A DNA stretch of 64,000 nt from Octopus vulgaris (taxonomy: Eukaryota): the NCBI GenBank assembly GCA_951406725.2, contig OX597836.1:50530001-50594000 (forward strand). The letters are read 5' to 3'. The stretch's first letter is position 1. Every line of letters starts with the position of its first letter. The notes beneath the pieces are model-generated. The model made no database searches. It worked only from the letters and a program-made list of their open reading frames with translations, and had not been told where the DNA came from. The position numbers were made by a program, and so were the translations under genes. Shown here in pieces: positions 26,983 through 39,700 of this stretch.

Positions 26983-28753
26983 ACAGAAAAGAGGATTATC
27001 CCCACGTGGTGAGTTGTAATGTAAATAAGAAATTAAAAAAGGAAAATACGCACACTTACATAGTTTTTAATATAATTTTTAATATATCGACCGGTTTTGC
27101 TATCACTATTCATGATATTATGTTTTACTTATTTGAATATATATCTTTTCTTAATAAGAAATTTGGTCCATGTTGTGTGTGATGAAATTCACGAGTGAAT
27201 GACTTCACAAGTAGATAAATAAAGGGAGGTAATTGTTTGTCATTATTATTGTTATTGTTGTGGGTAAGGGAGATAACTGTTCAGCTTTCGGTAATGGGTG
27301 GGGATTATATATGTGTACAGACAGAGACAAGTTTCAAAAACCTTGTTTAGTAGGGGATTTATGTACAGTGATGTAGTCATGAATTGAAATATGTAAAAAG
27401 ATAAAAGTTGGTTATGAGTGCATATTAAGTGCGGAATATGAGTGCAGAATTGCGATGGGGATGAAAGCAGTTCCTATTCTTGTGAACCTAATAATGGGTT
27501 ATTTTGAATTCACCTTATATGAAGTATCACTTCAGAAATATGGTTACACATTTTACCTCTACATAAGAGAAAATTGGAAGCGATACCTGGATGACTGCTT
27601 TATCATCTGGAAGGAGAACATCGACAAACTTTTGGATTTCAAAACAACACTAAATGACATAAATAGTAACATTCAATTCACAATGGAATATAACAAAGAA
27701 CAACTTCCATTTTTAGACATCATGATAAAAAAAGTTAACAATGAAATCATAACTGACATTTATTATAAACCAACTGATTCAAAACAATATCCTCTCTTTA
27801 ACTCATGCCACCCGAAACACATAAAAATAAACATCCCTTTCAACTTAGCAAAAAGGATCTGCACAATAGTGTCTGACAGAACAACTTGGGACCTTCATCT
27901 TCAAGACCTCAAAATAACACTTATTGAAAGACAATATCCACCTTCTCTTATGAACGAGGGAATTAAACGTGCCAAACAATTAGTCACAAAAACACTAAGA
28001 ACAACAAAACATAACACCATACCTCATCTCAAAACATTACTATTTATATCAACACACAACCACAGAAACAGCGAGGCATTCAACACTATTGTGCAAACTT
28101 TTCCTTTACTAACTAGAGATCCAAAAATGAACGACATCCTGAAAACACACAAACCCATCAAATGCAAAAAACAAGACAAATCGCTAAAGAGACTACTAAC
28201 AAATGCGAAGCTTTACAAAACAACCACGAAACCAATGGTTGAAAAATGTGAACGCCCGAACTGTGGAACCTGCCCCCACCTGCTTGAAGGCTCGGACTTC
28301 CTTTTAAAACAAGGACAGAGGTTTACAATTAAAACTAGTTTCACCTGTGCCTCTGAGAACCTAATTTATGTAATAACCTGCTCGGGTTGCGGACACCACT
28401 ATATTGGACAAACGAGTATGACCTTGAGAAAGAGAACCACTCTACATAAGGAGCAAATCCGTTTCCCACAATACAGACAAATTCCTCTCAGTGAACATAT
28501 AGAAAAATGTGCAGGTAACATCAAACCAAATTTCACAGTCTTCCCTTTCTACCAGTGCAAAGACACAATCTCTCAACTAGAATGTTTAAATAAAGGAACT
28601 TTTTTTATTGAAAAATACAAAACACGTTTAATATGCACTCATAACCATCTTTTATCTTTTTGCATATTTCAATTCACGACAACATCACTGTACATAAATC
28701 CCCTACTAAACAAGGTTTTTGAAACTCGTCTCTGTCTGTACACATATATAATC
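26980..28753 (+). mobile_element. Penelope-like retroelement (5'-truncated RT + GIY-YIG) with inverted upstream pLTR
   Basis: ORF from 27455: AMG, WKRYLDD, LPFLDI, TDIYYKPTD, SCHP, CxxCxxC, NLIYVITCSGC..YIGQT. 27303-27432 is the reverse complement of 28626-28753. Confidence 0.9.
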
Positions 28754-28756
28754 TGC

Positions 28757-28987
28757 AAGAAGTATGCCCACACCACCTACCTCATTACTGTTACCTTCCC
28801 AGAAGATTTTATACCCATGTGCCTTGCCTTTGAGGAACTTGGTTGGAGCTCTTACCTTCTGCATACAACCTACATCAGCATGCCTCAGCTCAAGTATCTC
28901 AACAATCTCGCTAGACATACATTTCAGTGTGCCTACATTGATAGTGCCAACTCTGAAAACTGGGAAAGGGACATGAGAAAGGGACAT
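28757..28987 (-). mobile_element. RTE LINE AP-endonuclease N-terminal fragment
   Basis: FRVGTINVGTL...DVGCMQKVR...YKIFWEGNSNEVGGVGILLA, degenerate APE motifs. Confidence 0.72.
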
Positions 28988-29049
28988 GGGAAGGGGAGAT
29001 GGTATTCAGCACCTGGAAAGAAGGTTTCAATGATTGTTAAAAGATAAAG

Positions 29050-31365
29050 ATCATCATCATCATCATCATCATCATCATTTAGCGTCCGCTTTCCATGCTA
29101 GCATGGGTTGGACGGGTCAACTGGGGTCTGTGAAGCTGGAAGGCTTCGTCAGGCCCAGTCAGATCTGGCAGTGTTTCTACGGCTGGATGCCCTTCCTAAC
29201 GCCAACCACTCCGCGAGTGTAGTGGGTGTTTTTTACGTGCCACCTGCACAGGTGCCAGACAGAGCTGGCGAACGGCCACGAACGGATGGTGCTTTTACGT
29301 GTCACCGGCACGGGGCCAGGCGATGCTGGCAACGGACACGAACGGATGGTGCTTTTACGTGCCACCAACACGGGGCCAGACAGAGCTGGCAAACGGCCAC
29401 GAATGGACGGTGCTTTTACGTGTCACCGGCACGGGGGCCAGCCGAGGCTGACAACGAACACAAACGGATAGTGCTTTTACGTGCCACCGACACGGGACCA
29501 GACAGAGCTGGCAAACGGCCACGAATGGACGGTGCTTTTACATGTCACTGGCATGGGGGCCAGCCGAGGCTGGCAACGGACGCGAACGGATGGTGCTTTT
29601 ACGTGCCAACGACACGGTTGCCAGACAGAGCTGGCAAACGGCCACGAACGGACGGTGCTTTTACGAGTCACCGGCATGGGGGCCAGCCGAGGCTGGCAAC
29701 GGACACGAACGGATGGTGCTTTTACGTGCCACCGACACGGGGCCAGACAGAGCTGGCAAACGGCCACGAACGGACGGTGCTTTTATGTGTCACCGGCACG
29801 GGGCCAGGCCAGGCTGGCAACGAACACGAACGGATGGTGCTTTTACGTGCCACCGACACGGGGGCCAGGCAGAGCTGGCAAATGGCCACGAGCGAATGGT
29901 GCTTTTACGTATCACCGGCACAGGTGCCAGACGAGGCTGACAGCGGACACGCTTTCTGATATATGATTTGATTTTGATTGTTCTCACTGGTCTTGCCGGG
30001 TCTTCTCACGCACAGCATACTTCCATAGGTCTCGGTCTCTGGTCATTTCCTTGGTGAGACCTAGAGTTCGAAGGTCGTGCTTCACCACCTCGACCCAGGT
30101 TTTCCTGGGTCTACCTCTTCCACAGGTCCCCTCAACTGCCAGGGTGTGGCACTTTTTCATACACCTATCTTCATCCATTCTCACCACATGACCATACCAG
30201 CGCAATCATCTCTCTTGCACACAACATCTGATGCCTCTTAGGTCCAACTTTTCTCTCAAGGTACTTACACTCTGTCGACTATGAACACTGACATTACACA
30301 TCCAACGGAGCATACTAGCTTCATTTCTCACGAGCTTACGCATGTCCTCAGCAGTCACGGCCCATGTTTCACTGCCATGTAGCATGGCTGTTCGTACACA
30401 TGCATCATACAGTCTGCCTTTTACTCTGAGCGAGAGGCCTTTAGTCATCAACAGAGGTAAGAGCTCCCTAAACTTTGCCCAGGCTATTCTTACTCGAGCC
30501 GTTACACTTTCAGTACACCCACCCCCACTACTGACTTGGTCACCAAGATAACGGAAGCTATCAACTACTTCTAGTTTTTCCCCCTGGAAAGTGACGGAAG
30601 TTGTTTTCTGCAGATTTTCAGAGGTTAATGCTCCCGAGCATCTGCCACATACAAAAACCATCTTCCTAGTTAGCCTTCCTATGACATTGCTGCACCTCTT
30701 ATGTGTCCATAGCTTACACTTGGTGCATCTTATAGAGTTTCTACCTACACCTTTTCTACAGATCGAGCAGGGCCATCTACCTGAAGGCGTTTGTGATTTG
30801 TCTACCTTCCTACTTATTACGACTTTGGTTTTAGCTAGGTTGACTCTAAGGCCCTTTGATTCTAAACCATGCTTCCACACCTGAAACTTCTTCTCCAGTT
30901 CTGATAATGACTCAGCAATTAGAGCAAGGTCATCAGCATAGAGGAGCTCCCAGGGGCATCCTGTCTTGAATTCCTCCGTTATTGCCTGGAGGACTATGAT
31001 AAATAGGAGGGGGCTGAGGACTGAGCCTTGGTGGACCCCTACCTCTACCCGGAATTCTTCACTGTACTCATTGCCAACCCTCACCTTACTAGCAGCGTCC
31101 CTGTACATGGCTTGCACAGCTCTCACTAACCATTCATCTATTCCTAGTTTCCTCATTGACCACCATATGAGGGATCGGGGGACCCTGTCGAAGGCTTTCT
31201 CCATGTCAACAAAAGCCAGGTACAGGGGCTTATCTTTGGCTAGGTATTTCTCCTGCAGCTGCCTTACCAGGAATATAGCATCAGTGGTACTTTTCCCTGG
31301 CACGAAACCAAACTGCATCTCATCTAAACTAACTCTCTCTCTAATTAGTTGGCTTATGACCCTCT
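29050..31365 (-). mobile_element. 5'-truncated RTE-clade LINE with Cys/His finger in the ORF, VNTR in the 3'UTR and (GAT)n tail
   Basis: QFGF.PGKSTTDAIF, AFVDMEKAFDRV, GVHQGSVLSP, LLYADD, FRYLG, RWYGHV..GRPRKTW. One in-frame TGA at 30206-30208; ~60 bp tandem units at 29230-29950. Confidence 0.93.
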
Positions 31366-32727
31366 AAAAAATATCATTAAAAAATATAAATAAAGTATTT
31401 GATAAGTACCTACAACAAAAATTTAGGAAATGTAGCTATTACCAGAGATAATACTGAAAGGAACATATCTAGTGAATTTGTGTAGAATACTGCTGATTCA
31501 CTGTGCCTCTCATAAATGCAATCTAGCTGCTTCTGCATACCTTGATAAAATTATGTTGATGAGCAAGCTAAAAGCATTAAAACTTACAGGTAAACTTCGA
31601 GAAAGAATGTCTTTGCAAACCTTTACAAAGAAATAAAACCTGTTGGTTCCTGTAGAGTTTCCTATCATTTTGGCTCTTATCTAAATCGAAGCTGACATTC
31701 CAAAATATATGGTATTTTTATGTTTGGCAAAATAATTGGCCTGTATCCTAATTAAAATTAATTGATTGGAAAGGTTCCAATCAATTATTTACAACCCCTG
31801 ATGGAGACCCCTGTTGGAAAAGAGAGTGAGTTGGAGAGAGAGAGAGATGTTGGCAAAGATGTGTTGAGACATGCCCTTGAGGGATACAACATCCCGCACT
31901 CTGTTGTTCCAGCTGGTTGGAACTCGTTTTGTGTCAACCACCCCTGGTGGTATATGTATTTCACACCCAGCCCATCAAGGACTGCTTGACAGATGACTGA
32001 AACTGTTTTTTATGGCATGTCTGTTGCTCCATACTTTGCAGATAAGGAAAATGCAAGGTGCCAAATAACAGCCCCTTAAAAAAATTGGGTTATCTCCCCT
32101 GCCTTAAAAAATTGTTTGACCCTCATTAAAACAAAAAAAAAAAAACATGAAAAGTTTTTGCATTCTTATTGAATCTGATAATATTTTTTATAACAAATCA
32201 TACCTTGCCTATTGAGGAGGCCAAACATCAACAATGATCTTCTCACTCTTTTAATCTAATCTCTTGTCGCCACACTTTTTTTTAGTGGGGAGATAACCCA
32301 ATTTTTTAATGGCTATTTTGTAATAGGGTTGATCTGAAAGTATCGTAGGATTAACGAAAATATATTCAGTTCGGCCAGATTTATTTCTCTTCTGGCCAGC
32401 AATTTCTTCAAATACAATTCAGGCTGATGTCGGTGGTACAACGTTGTTCTGTTTTCTGGTGTTTGTTGATGATACAAATGTACCGAGGCGGGCCTCACAG
32501 AATGCACTGTGATTCCCTTAACTTATTTCTATGTAAAAAGCTCGTAATCTAAATGAGAATTATAGTCTCATACAACAAACTGCAGAAAAGTGGCTTTCGA
32601 ATGTGAAAGAAAGTTGTCGCAACCAGGAATCGAAACCAGGCCAGCGAATGTTTACAGCTGTTACTTACATCCTTGTCCCACCGTCTTGAAGTGACTCGAG
32701 ATAAGAAAATTGCATAAAGCCCCAGAA

Positions 32728-33457
32728 TTAATTCGGTACTACGCGCGAACAGTGGTCTCGGTGCGCGCACTCGCTCATCCGCACTAGCTAGTCGTAAGTA
32801 GTCGATCCTACAACGACTTGCGCCTATGTTTGTATTTCAAGGCTGAATACATATCAAAGAAAATTAAATAATATTTTTCGAACAAAGTAAATAAAACGCA
32901 AAGTAAATAATTTTTTAAACTAAGAAAATAAATTATTTTTATAAACCTGTGTGGTAAGTAGCTTGCTAACCAACCACATGGCTCCGGGTTCAGTCCCACT
33001 GCGTAGCACCTTGGGCAAGTGTCTTCTGCTATAGCCCCGGGCCGACCAATGACTTGTGAGTGGATTTGGTAGACGGAAACTGAAAGAGGCCTGTCATATA
33101 TATGTATATATATATATATGTATGTGTGTGTGTTTATGTGTCTGTGTTTGTCCCCCTAGCATTGCTTGACAACCGATGCTGGTGTGTTTACGTCCCCGTA
33201 ACTTAGCGGTTCGGCAAAAGAGACCGATAGAATAAGTACTGGGCTTACAAAGAATAAGTCCCGGGGTCGATTTTCTCGACTAAAGGCGGTGCTCCAGCAT
33301 GGCCGCAGTCAAATGACTGAAACAAGTAAAAGAGTAAAAAAGAGTAAAAGAGTAAACAAAGGTTAGGGTTAAAAAGTCGTTGTAGGATCGACTACTTACG
33401 ACTAGCTAGCGCGAGTGCGCGTGACGGGACCACTGTTCGCTCGTAGTACCGAATTAA
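32728..33457. mobile_element. CpG-rich MITE-like element (~90 bp TIRs) with a nested SINE
   Basis: ttaattcggtactacg..cgaacagtggtc...ctagtcgtaagtagtcgatcctacaacgactt (32728-32819) is inverted at 33373-33457. Confidence 0.78.
32947..33355 (+). mobile_element. Young tRNA-derived SINE (OR-type)
   Basis: CpGs retained; A/B boxes; tail (agtaaaag)n. Confidence 0.85.
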
Positions 33458-35274
33458 TCGGTTGCTCATTAAACCGGCTGCTTTGATTCACAACCACACT
33501 TTATCACACTTCTGTCAACCGCAAAACTTGATTCTACACTTAACAGTAAGTTTGTTACACAGAAATTGCTATCGATCTCATTCACATTTTAATGAACTTA
33601 GACTAATTAATTACTTCATAACTTTTAAGCAAATGTTTTCCCAGTATTTATTTTTCTTCTCCTTTTTTATTATTTACAAATCTATTTTAGTGTTTCGTTG
33701 CTTATTCATTTGGTTGTGTATAAGGTCACAGGGCGATTCTTCACAGTTGTGTAACACATAAAGCGCACCGGGCCACGATCGCGGCCGTCAGCACAGGTCA
33801 CGATCGTGGCCCAAATAGATGCTTTTAATTTAAGGGCGTCAGCTGGGGGTCTAGTGTCACTCAAAAGGTCCGATACCCCCCAGAATGCAAGAGGACTAAA
33901 TAGTTTAACCCAAGACTTTTTAAGATGATGTAAAACTTATCACCATTATATACTAAGAAGATATTTAAACTATTTTTTGTTTTTTTTTATGTGTTAATGG
34001 TCGTCTCATTTCCATAAAATGTGCTCAGCAGTCCATGCTGTGTAAGTCCCAGCGCTTTATGGGTTAATTTCCAAAATTTAAAAACTTTTATAGCGTAGTT
34101 TTTTTTTTCTTTTTTCTTTTCGTGACCGGTTAATCTAGAAATGAAACCTAATGAACAAGCAACGAAACACTACACGATATCTTACTATCACGAACGTAAA
34201 GAATACGCTCACCCGGTGTTTAGGGTTAAGGTTACCTCCACCTCAAACTTATTTCATAGAACTTAGGTCACCCTTGGGCGGTTTGGCATGGAAATGGTCA
34301 AAACAGTTTTGAAGATAACACAGCAGAGGTCGAGTGTTTGCACCCCGACCTGGATAATTGCCAGACTTAAAAAACCGTAACGGGGTCAATCTGTTCGATC
34401 GAAACCGTCCATGGCACTGACCCAGCATGACTGCAATCCAATGACTGAAACAAGGGAAAAGATTTATTTTCCAGGATGGAGAATTATGTTTGTGTTGGTA
34501 ATTGTTTTTCTCGATATTTGAGAACGGTTTCCTCAGGAAGAAAATGTTTCTTTTTTTCTAAAATAACATTTTGCTGAAGAAATACGTTTTCGAGAGTGTA
34601 GATAACATAATGTTCATGTTTCGACCATGACTTTGAAAAAAAAAGTGTAAAATGATAAAATTACGGAAATTGCTGTTTGCAAAAATGATGCAACACTCCG
34701 GCTATTTTCTTTCTTTATAAAATTTCATAAACACCCTCGTGATGTACAAGTTGGAAAATAAACATTTATGGCACTTTGCACCCCGACCTCACCCGCCTTT
34801 CTTTTTCTTTTTTTCTCACGATTTTGCCAGAAACACGTTTCAAACTAAATTAAAATTTAGCCTCTCCCCATCGCATTTTTTTTTTTTTTTTTCACTTTCT
34901 TTTAACTTTTTATAATCCACGTGGAAAAATACGGAGAATCTGAAGAATATTTTTTCTTTAAATTTCAAATTTTCTTCGAGAACCTCCCCCATTGCCCCCC
35001 TCCCCCCTCCCCACCCTTCCCCCTTTTCAGGGGACAAAACTCCGGATGTTTTACATATTTGGTATGTTCGTTTGCGCATGCGTAGATTTCTTTCCAAGCA
35101 ACAGACAGCAAAATATGAAGCCTTCACCAGAAAACTCGATATGCTAGAAATAACAGCTACATGTCTGGAAAATAATTTTCCTTCGCATTATTTCCGTTTT
35201 ACGTCTATCATAAGGTCTATGAAAGATGAAGGACGTAATGACATGCTAAAATCCTCAAATTTTGAGGGTTTTAG

Positions 35275-36082
35275 TATCATCATCATCATCGTCGTCGTTT
35301 AACGTCTGCTTTCCATGCTGGCAAGGGTTGGACGGTTTGACTTAGGGCTGGCAAATCAGAAGGCTGCACCAGGTTCCAATCCGATCTAGCAGAGTTTCTA
35401 CAGCTGGATGCCCTTCCTATCGCCAACCATTCCGCAAGTGTAGTGGGTGCTTTTTACATGCCATTGGCACGAGAGCCAGTCAAGCGGCACTGGCAACGAC
35501 CACACTCGAATGGTGTTTTTTATGTGCCACCGTTACAGACCCAGTCAGCCGGCACTGGCATCAACAGCGCTTGAATGGTGCTTTTAATGTGCTACTTGTA
35601 GGGACCAGTCAGGCAGCACTGGCATCAACTATACTTGAATGGAGCATTTTACGTGCCACTGGCACAGGTGCCAGTCAGGCAGTACTGTCATCAGCCACAA
35701 CAACAATTTCACTTGCCTCAACAGATCTTCGCAAGTGCAGCTTATTGTCCAATGATTGAAGAGCACTCTTAAATGGGCCAGTCATGCTACACTGGCATAG
35801 GCCATGGCTACGGTCTCACTTGGCTTGTCAGGTCTTCTTAAGCACAGCATATCTCCAAAGGTCTCAGTCACTTCTCATTGCCTTGGTGAGACCCAACGTT
35901 TCAAGGTTGTGCTTCACCACTTCATCCTAGGTCTTCCTGGGTCTATCCCTTCCACAGGTTCCCATTACTGCTAGGGTGTGACACTTATTCACACAGCTGT
36001 TCTCATTCATACACAACACTTGACCATACCTGTGCAATCGTCTCTCTTGCACACCACATCTGATGCTTCTTAAATCCAACTT
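35275..36082 (-). mobile_element. RTE LINE 3' fragment
   Basis: Degenerate LDLRSIRCGVQERR...PRKT.DEVVKH, followed by the family 3'UTR and (GAT)n tail. Confidence 0.8.
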
Positions 36083-36574
36083 GATGGATTTCATTAATTT
36101 TATCTAAGATCAAGGTTTTAAATCCATTTTTCATTAATTGGAAAATAAAAGTTGATTTCGATTGGAGTTGAGTCTGTCCAGGGCAAATAAGGATATTTCA
36201 TGTTTGTTTTTATTCTTCCCTAAATCTCGACTTTCAAAATGTATTTCAATTTTGATACAAAGCCACAAATTATTTTCGTGTTGTGTCTATAAAGAAATGT
36301 TATCGAGTTACTGATTTGCAACAAACTCCATTACCCAGCCATGCCATACACTACTTGTGACCCATGACCTGGTAGATCAATATTTTATCTATATTATCAA
36401 TTTTATCAATGTTTTATCTGTTCAGGTATTTTGTTTCTGATTTTTGTTTTGTTTGCCAGGATCTCACTTCCAATCTCACCTTTTAATAAATTTAATCAAG
36501 TAAGAATTTGATTTTCTTTTTCTTGTAGCAGTCAACAACAACAACAACAGCAACAACAACACAAGCTTTTCACA

Positions 36575-36706
36575 ATGGACAAATGGGTTAAACGGACAGC
36601 CTTGGTTACTGGGGCTTCGTGTGGCATTGGTGCCGCTATATGCAGAAAGTTGGTGAAGTCTGGCATGAATGTTGTTGGTTGCGGAAGAAATGTGCAGCGC
36701 ATCCAA
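36575..36706 (+). CDS. DHRS11: DHRS11-like B exon 1
   Basis: MDKWVKRTALVTGASCGIGAAICRKLVKSGMNVVGCGRNVQRIQ; donor CAA|gtaatt. Confidence 0.92.
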
Positions 36707-39700
36707 GTAATTTTTATGTCTTTGAGATTTTCTAATCACTTTCTTTCTTTATTTGTCTCTCCTTCCTTCATATACACTCTCACATTTGTCTCTCTTTCCT
36801 TCATATACACCCTCTTATTTCTCTCTCCTTCCTTCATATACACTCATATTTGTCTCTCCTTCATATACACTCCCTTATTTATCTCTCCTCATTAACAGAA
36901 GTACTGAATGAATGTTTTCCATTAATCACAAAATTAGACTTTTACCTATAATGATTAGCAATGTGTGTCATTAATCATACTAATGAGATAGTGTGGAAGT
37001 ATGCGACTATAAAATGACAAATAGAGAAAGTAAGTGAGTGGCCGTAGCAGAAGTAAAATGTAAGTAGAAGGTGTTTGTCGCAGCACTTGGAATGAGAAAC
37101 AAGCAAACAGAGAAAGCGAGAGAAATAAAATGGATCAGAGTCGAGGTTAGCTTTGTGTCACTTTAAGCAGGACAAGGAATGGAAAACACAAGCATTATTA
37201 TGAAACCCACTTTCACAATGAACTTTGTGTTAGAATTACTTCTGGATAAACGATAATTACATTTAAATCTATTGTAAAATTTAGTGAAGCCTGCTCCAGT
37301 CTTCTGCCTAGCCAATTCCTGTCAAACCGTCAAACCGTCCAACCCATGCCAGCATGGAAAGTGGATGTTAGATGGTGATGATGATGAGGCACAAGTGTGG
37401 CTGTGTTGTAATAAGTTTGCTCCCCAACCTCATGGTGCCAGGTTGTGACACACTGTGTGACATCTTAGATGAGAGTATTCTGCTATAGCCTTGGGCTCAC
37501 ATATGTGTGTGTGTGTTGTTGCTTACCAACTGGTGTTGGTTTGTTTATATCCCTGTAACTTAGCAGTTTGATAAAACAAAACTGACAGAATATGTATCAG
37601 GTTTACAGGTACATAGGGAGTTCGATTTGTGAGTCTAAAACTCTTCAAGATGTTGCTCCAGCATGGTCGCAGTCTAGTGACTGAAAGCAAGTAAATGATA
37701 GGCACTGACATGGTTGTGTGGTAAAAAGCTCAGTTTGCAAGCACGTACTTTCAGGTTCAGTCCCACTGCTCAGCGTCTTAGGCAAGTGTCTTCTGTCATA
37801 GCTCTGGGGCCAACCAAATAAGTACTGCTGTTGATTAGTTTGGTGGTCCTCCAGTATGGCCACGGTCCAATGACTGAAGCAAGGAAATGATAATAGATAG
37901 TACCACCATTTTTATATAAGTACTTTTAACCGTAATTCAAATATTTTGAGAACTGTTAAAAATTTCAGAAGCAAACAAAAACCTAATATTTTTCATTGCA
38001 CAAATGGCATCTTATGCATGTGTCTTCTGTTGTAGCCCTGGGTCAAGCAAAAACTTGTGAATAGATTTGGTTGACAGAAATTGTATGGAGGCTCATCATG
38101 TATGTGTGTGTGTGTCTGAGAGAGAGAGCCTTGTCTTCACATCACATGATGGTTGTAGAAGAGTGTCGCCCCATTCAAGAGACCCTTGTTTTCAGCCTTC
38201 CATGAAAACATGTCCAGTTATGGGAAAATATTAACCTTGCTTGAAGGACAGGTGAGGGTTGGCAACAGGAAGAGCACCTGGCCTTAGAAAATCTACTTTA
38301 ACAATTTTAACGTTTTGAACCTTCAAGAATTTGTACGGGATTTCTGCAGAGTTTTGAATTTTTCTGTAAACATTTCTTTGCAATTGTCTGATAATACAGA
38401 CATAGACTTGCCCATATACATCAATAAATTAACATTGATAATTTTTTCAATGTTGTTGCAATCATCTGAAGTGGAACTGTCAAAGCATGGTATTCGAGCA
38501 ATTTTGCTCTTCATCTTCAAAAAAGGACGTAAAGCAGCTGAAACTGAATGCGATATCAACGAAATGTTTGGTGAGGAAATGACCAGTAAGTGGTCAGCTT
38601 GAAAATGGTTTAAACGATTTCACAGTTGAGACCTGAGCCTTGAAGATTGCAAGTGTAGTGGACGCCCATCTGTCATCAATGATGGTCAATTAAAGACTGT
38701 CATTGAGAAAGATTCACATAAAACAACACAAGAACTGGCAAAAGAACTTCAAGTGAGCTAGAAAACTGCCTGCAACCATTTGCATGAGATCAGAAAAACA
38801 TAAAAGTTCAACAAATGGGTACCACACAATTTGAATGAAAATCAGAAAATGCACAGATATGAAATTTGCTTGTCATTTCTCCTCCATAACCAGGCTGATC
38901 CATTTCCCGATCGTATAGTAACTTGTGACGAAAAGTGGATAATAAATGTTCTTTGCAGTGGTTGGATCAAAATGAAGCAGTGGAAACCTTCCCTAAACCC
39001 AAGCCCTTCAAAAAGAAGGTTATGGTGACTGTTTGGTGGTGTTGTACTGCTAGACTCATCCACTATAATTTCTTAAAACCGGGAAAAACCATTACTGCAG
39101 AAACATATTTCTATGAAATTATCAAAATGAATGAAAGACTGATACTCCGCCATCCCAGACTGGTCAACAGAAGAAGGCCAATCATTCTTCAAGACAATGC
39201 TTGACCACACATATCACTGATGCTCCAGAAGTTGGAGGAACTTGGCTACAAAGTTCTTCCCCACCCAGCTTATTCCCCAGACCTTTCTCCTATCGACTAC
39301 CATTTTCTCAAGCACCTTGATGGTTTCAAAAATCAAACTGATGCTGAAAATATGTTCAAAGAGTTCATCAGTTCCAGAACTCCAGATTTTTATGTTAGCA
39401 GAATAAACAAACTTGTAACTCGTTGGCAAAAATGTGTTGATTGTCATGGTACTTACTTTGATGAATAAAAATTCTGCATTGTTGAAATATATTGTGATGA
39501 ATTTCATGTTTCAAAATGTTGCTAACCTTTAACTCAGCCTGATAAATATTAGCTCTCAAGCATTATCCATTGTTAATCTATTAATGATAATGAGCATTTA
39601 ATCTATTTACTTATGTATTAGCTACCATCAAATCCACAGTTAATCTCATGCATTGTAATATATTGTTAAATCTCTGGGTTGACATTTCCCTCTTAATTTA

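Noticed and set aside
27455-29047. 530 aa ORF as a host gene or domesticated fusion
   Set aside because: It is a 5'-truncated Penelope RT/GIY-YIG reading through into pLTR and antisense RTE sequence, with no splice or promoter evidence.
33905-34067. TTAA-CCC...GGG-TTAA piggyBac-like MITE
   Set aside because: The inverted match does not extend beyond about 4 bp.
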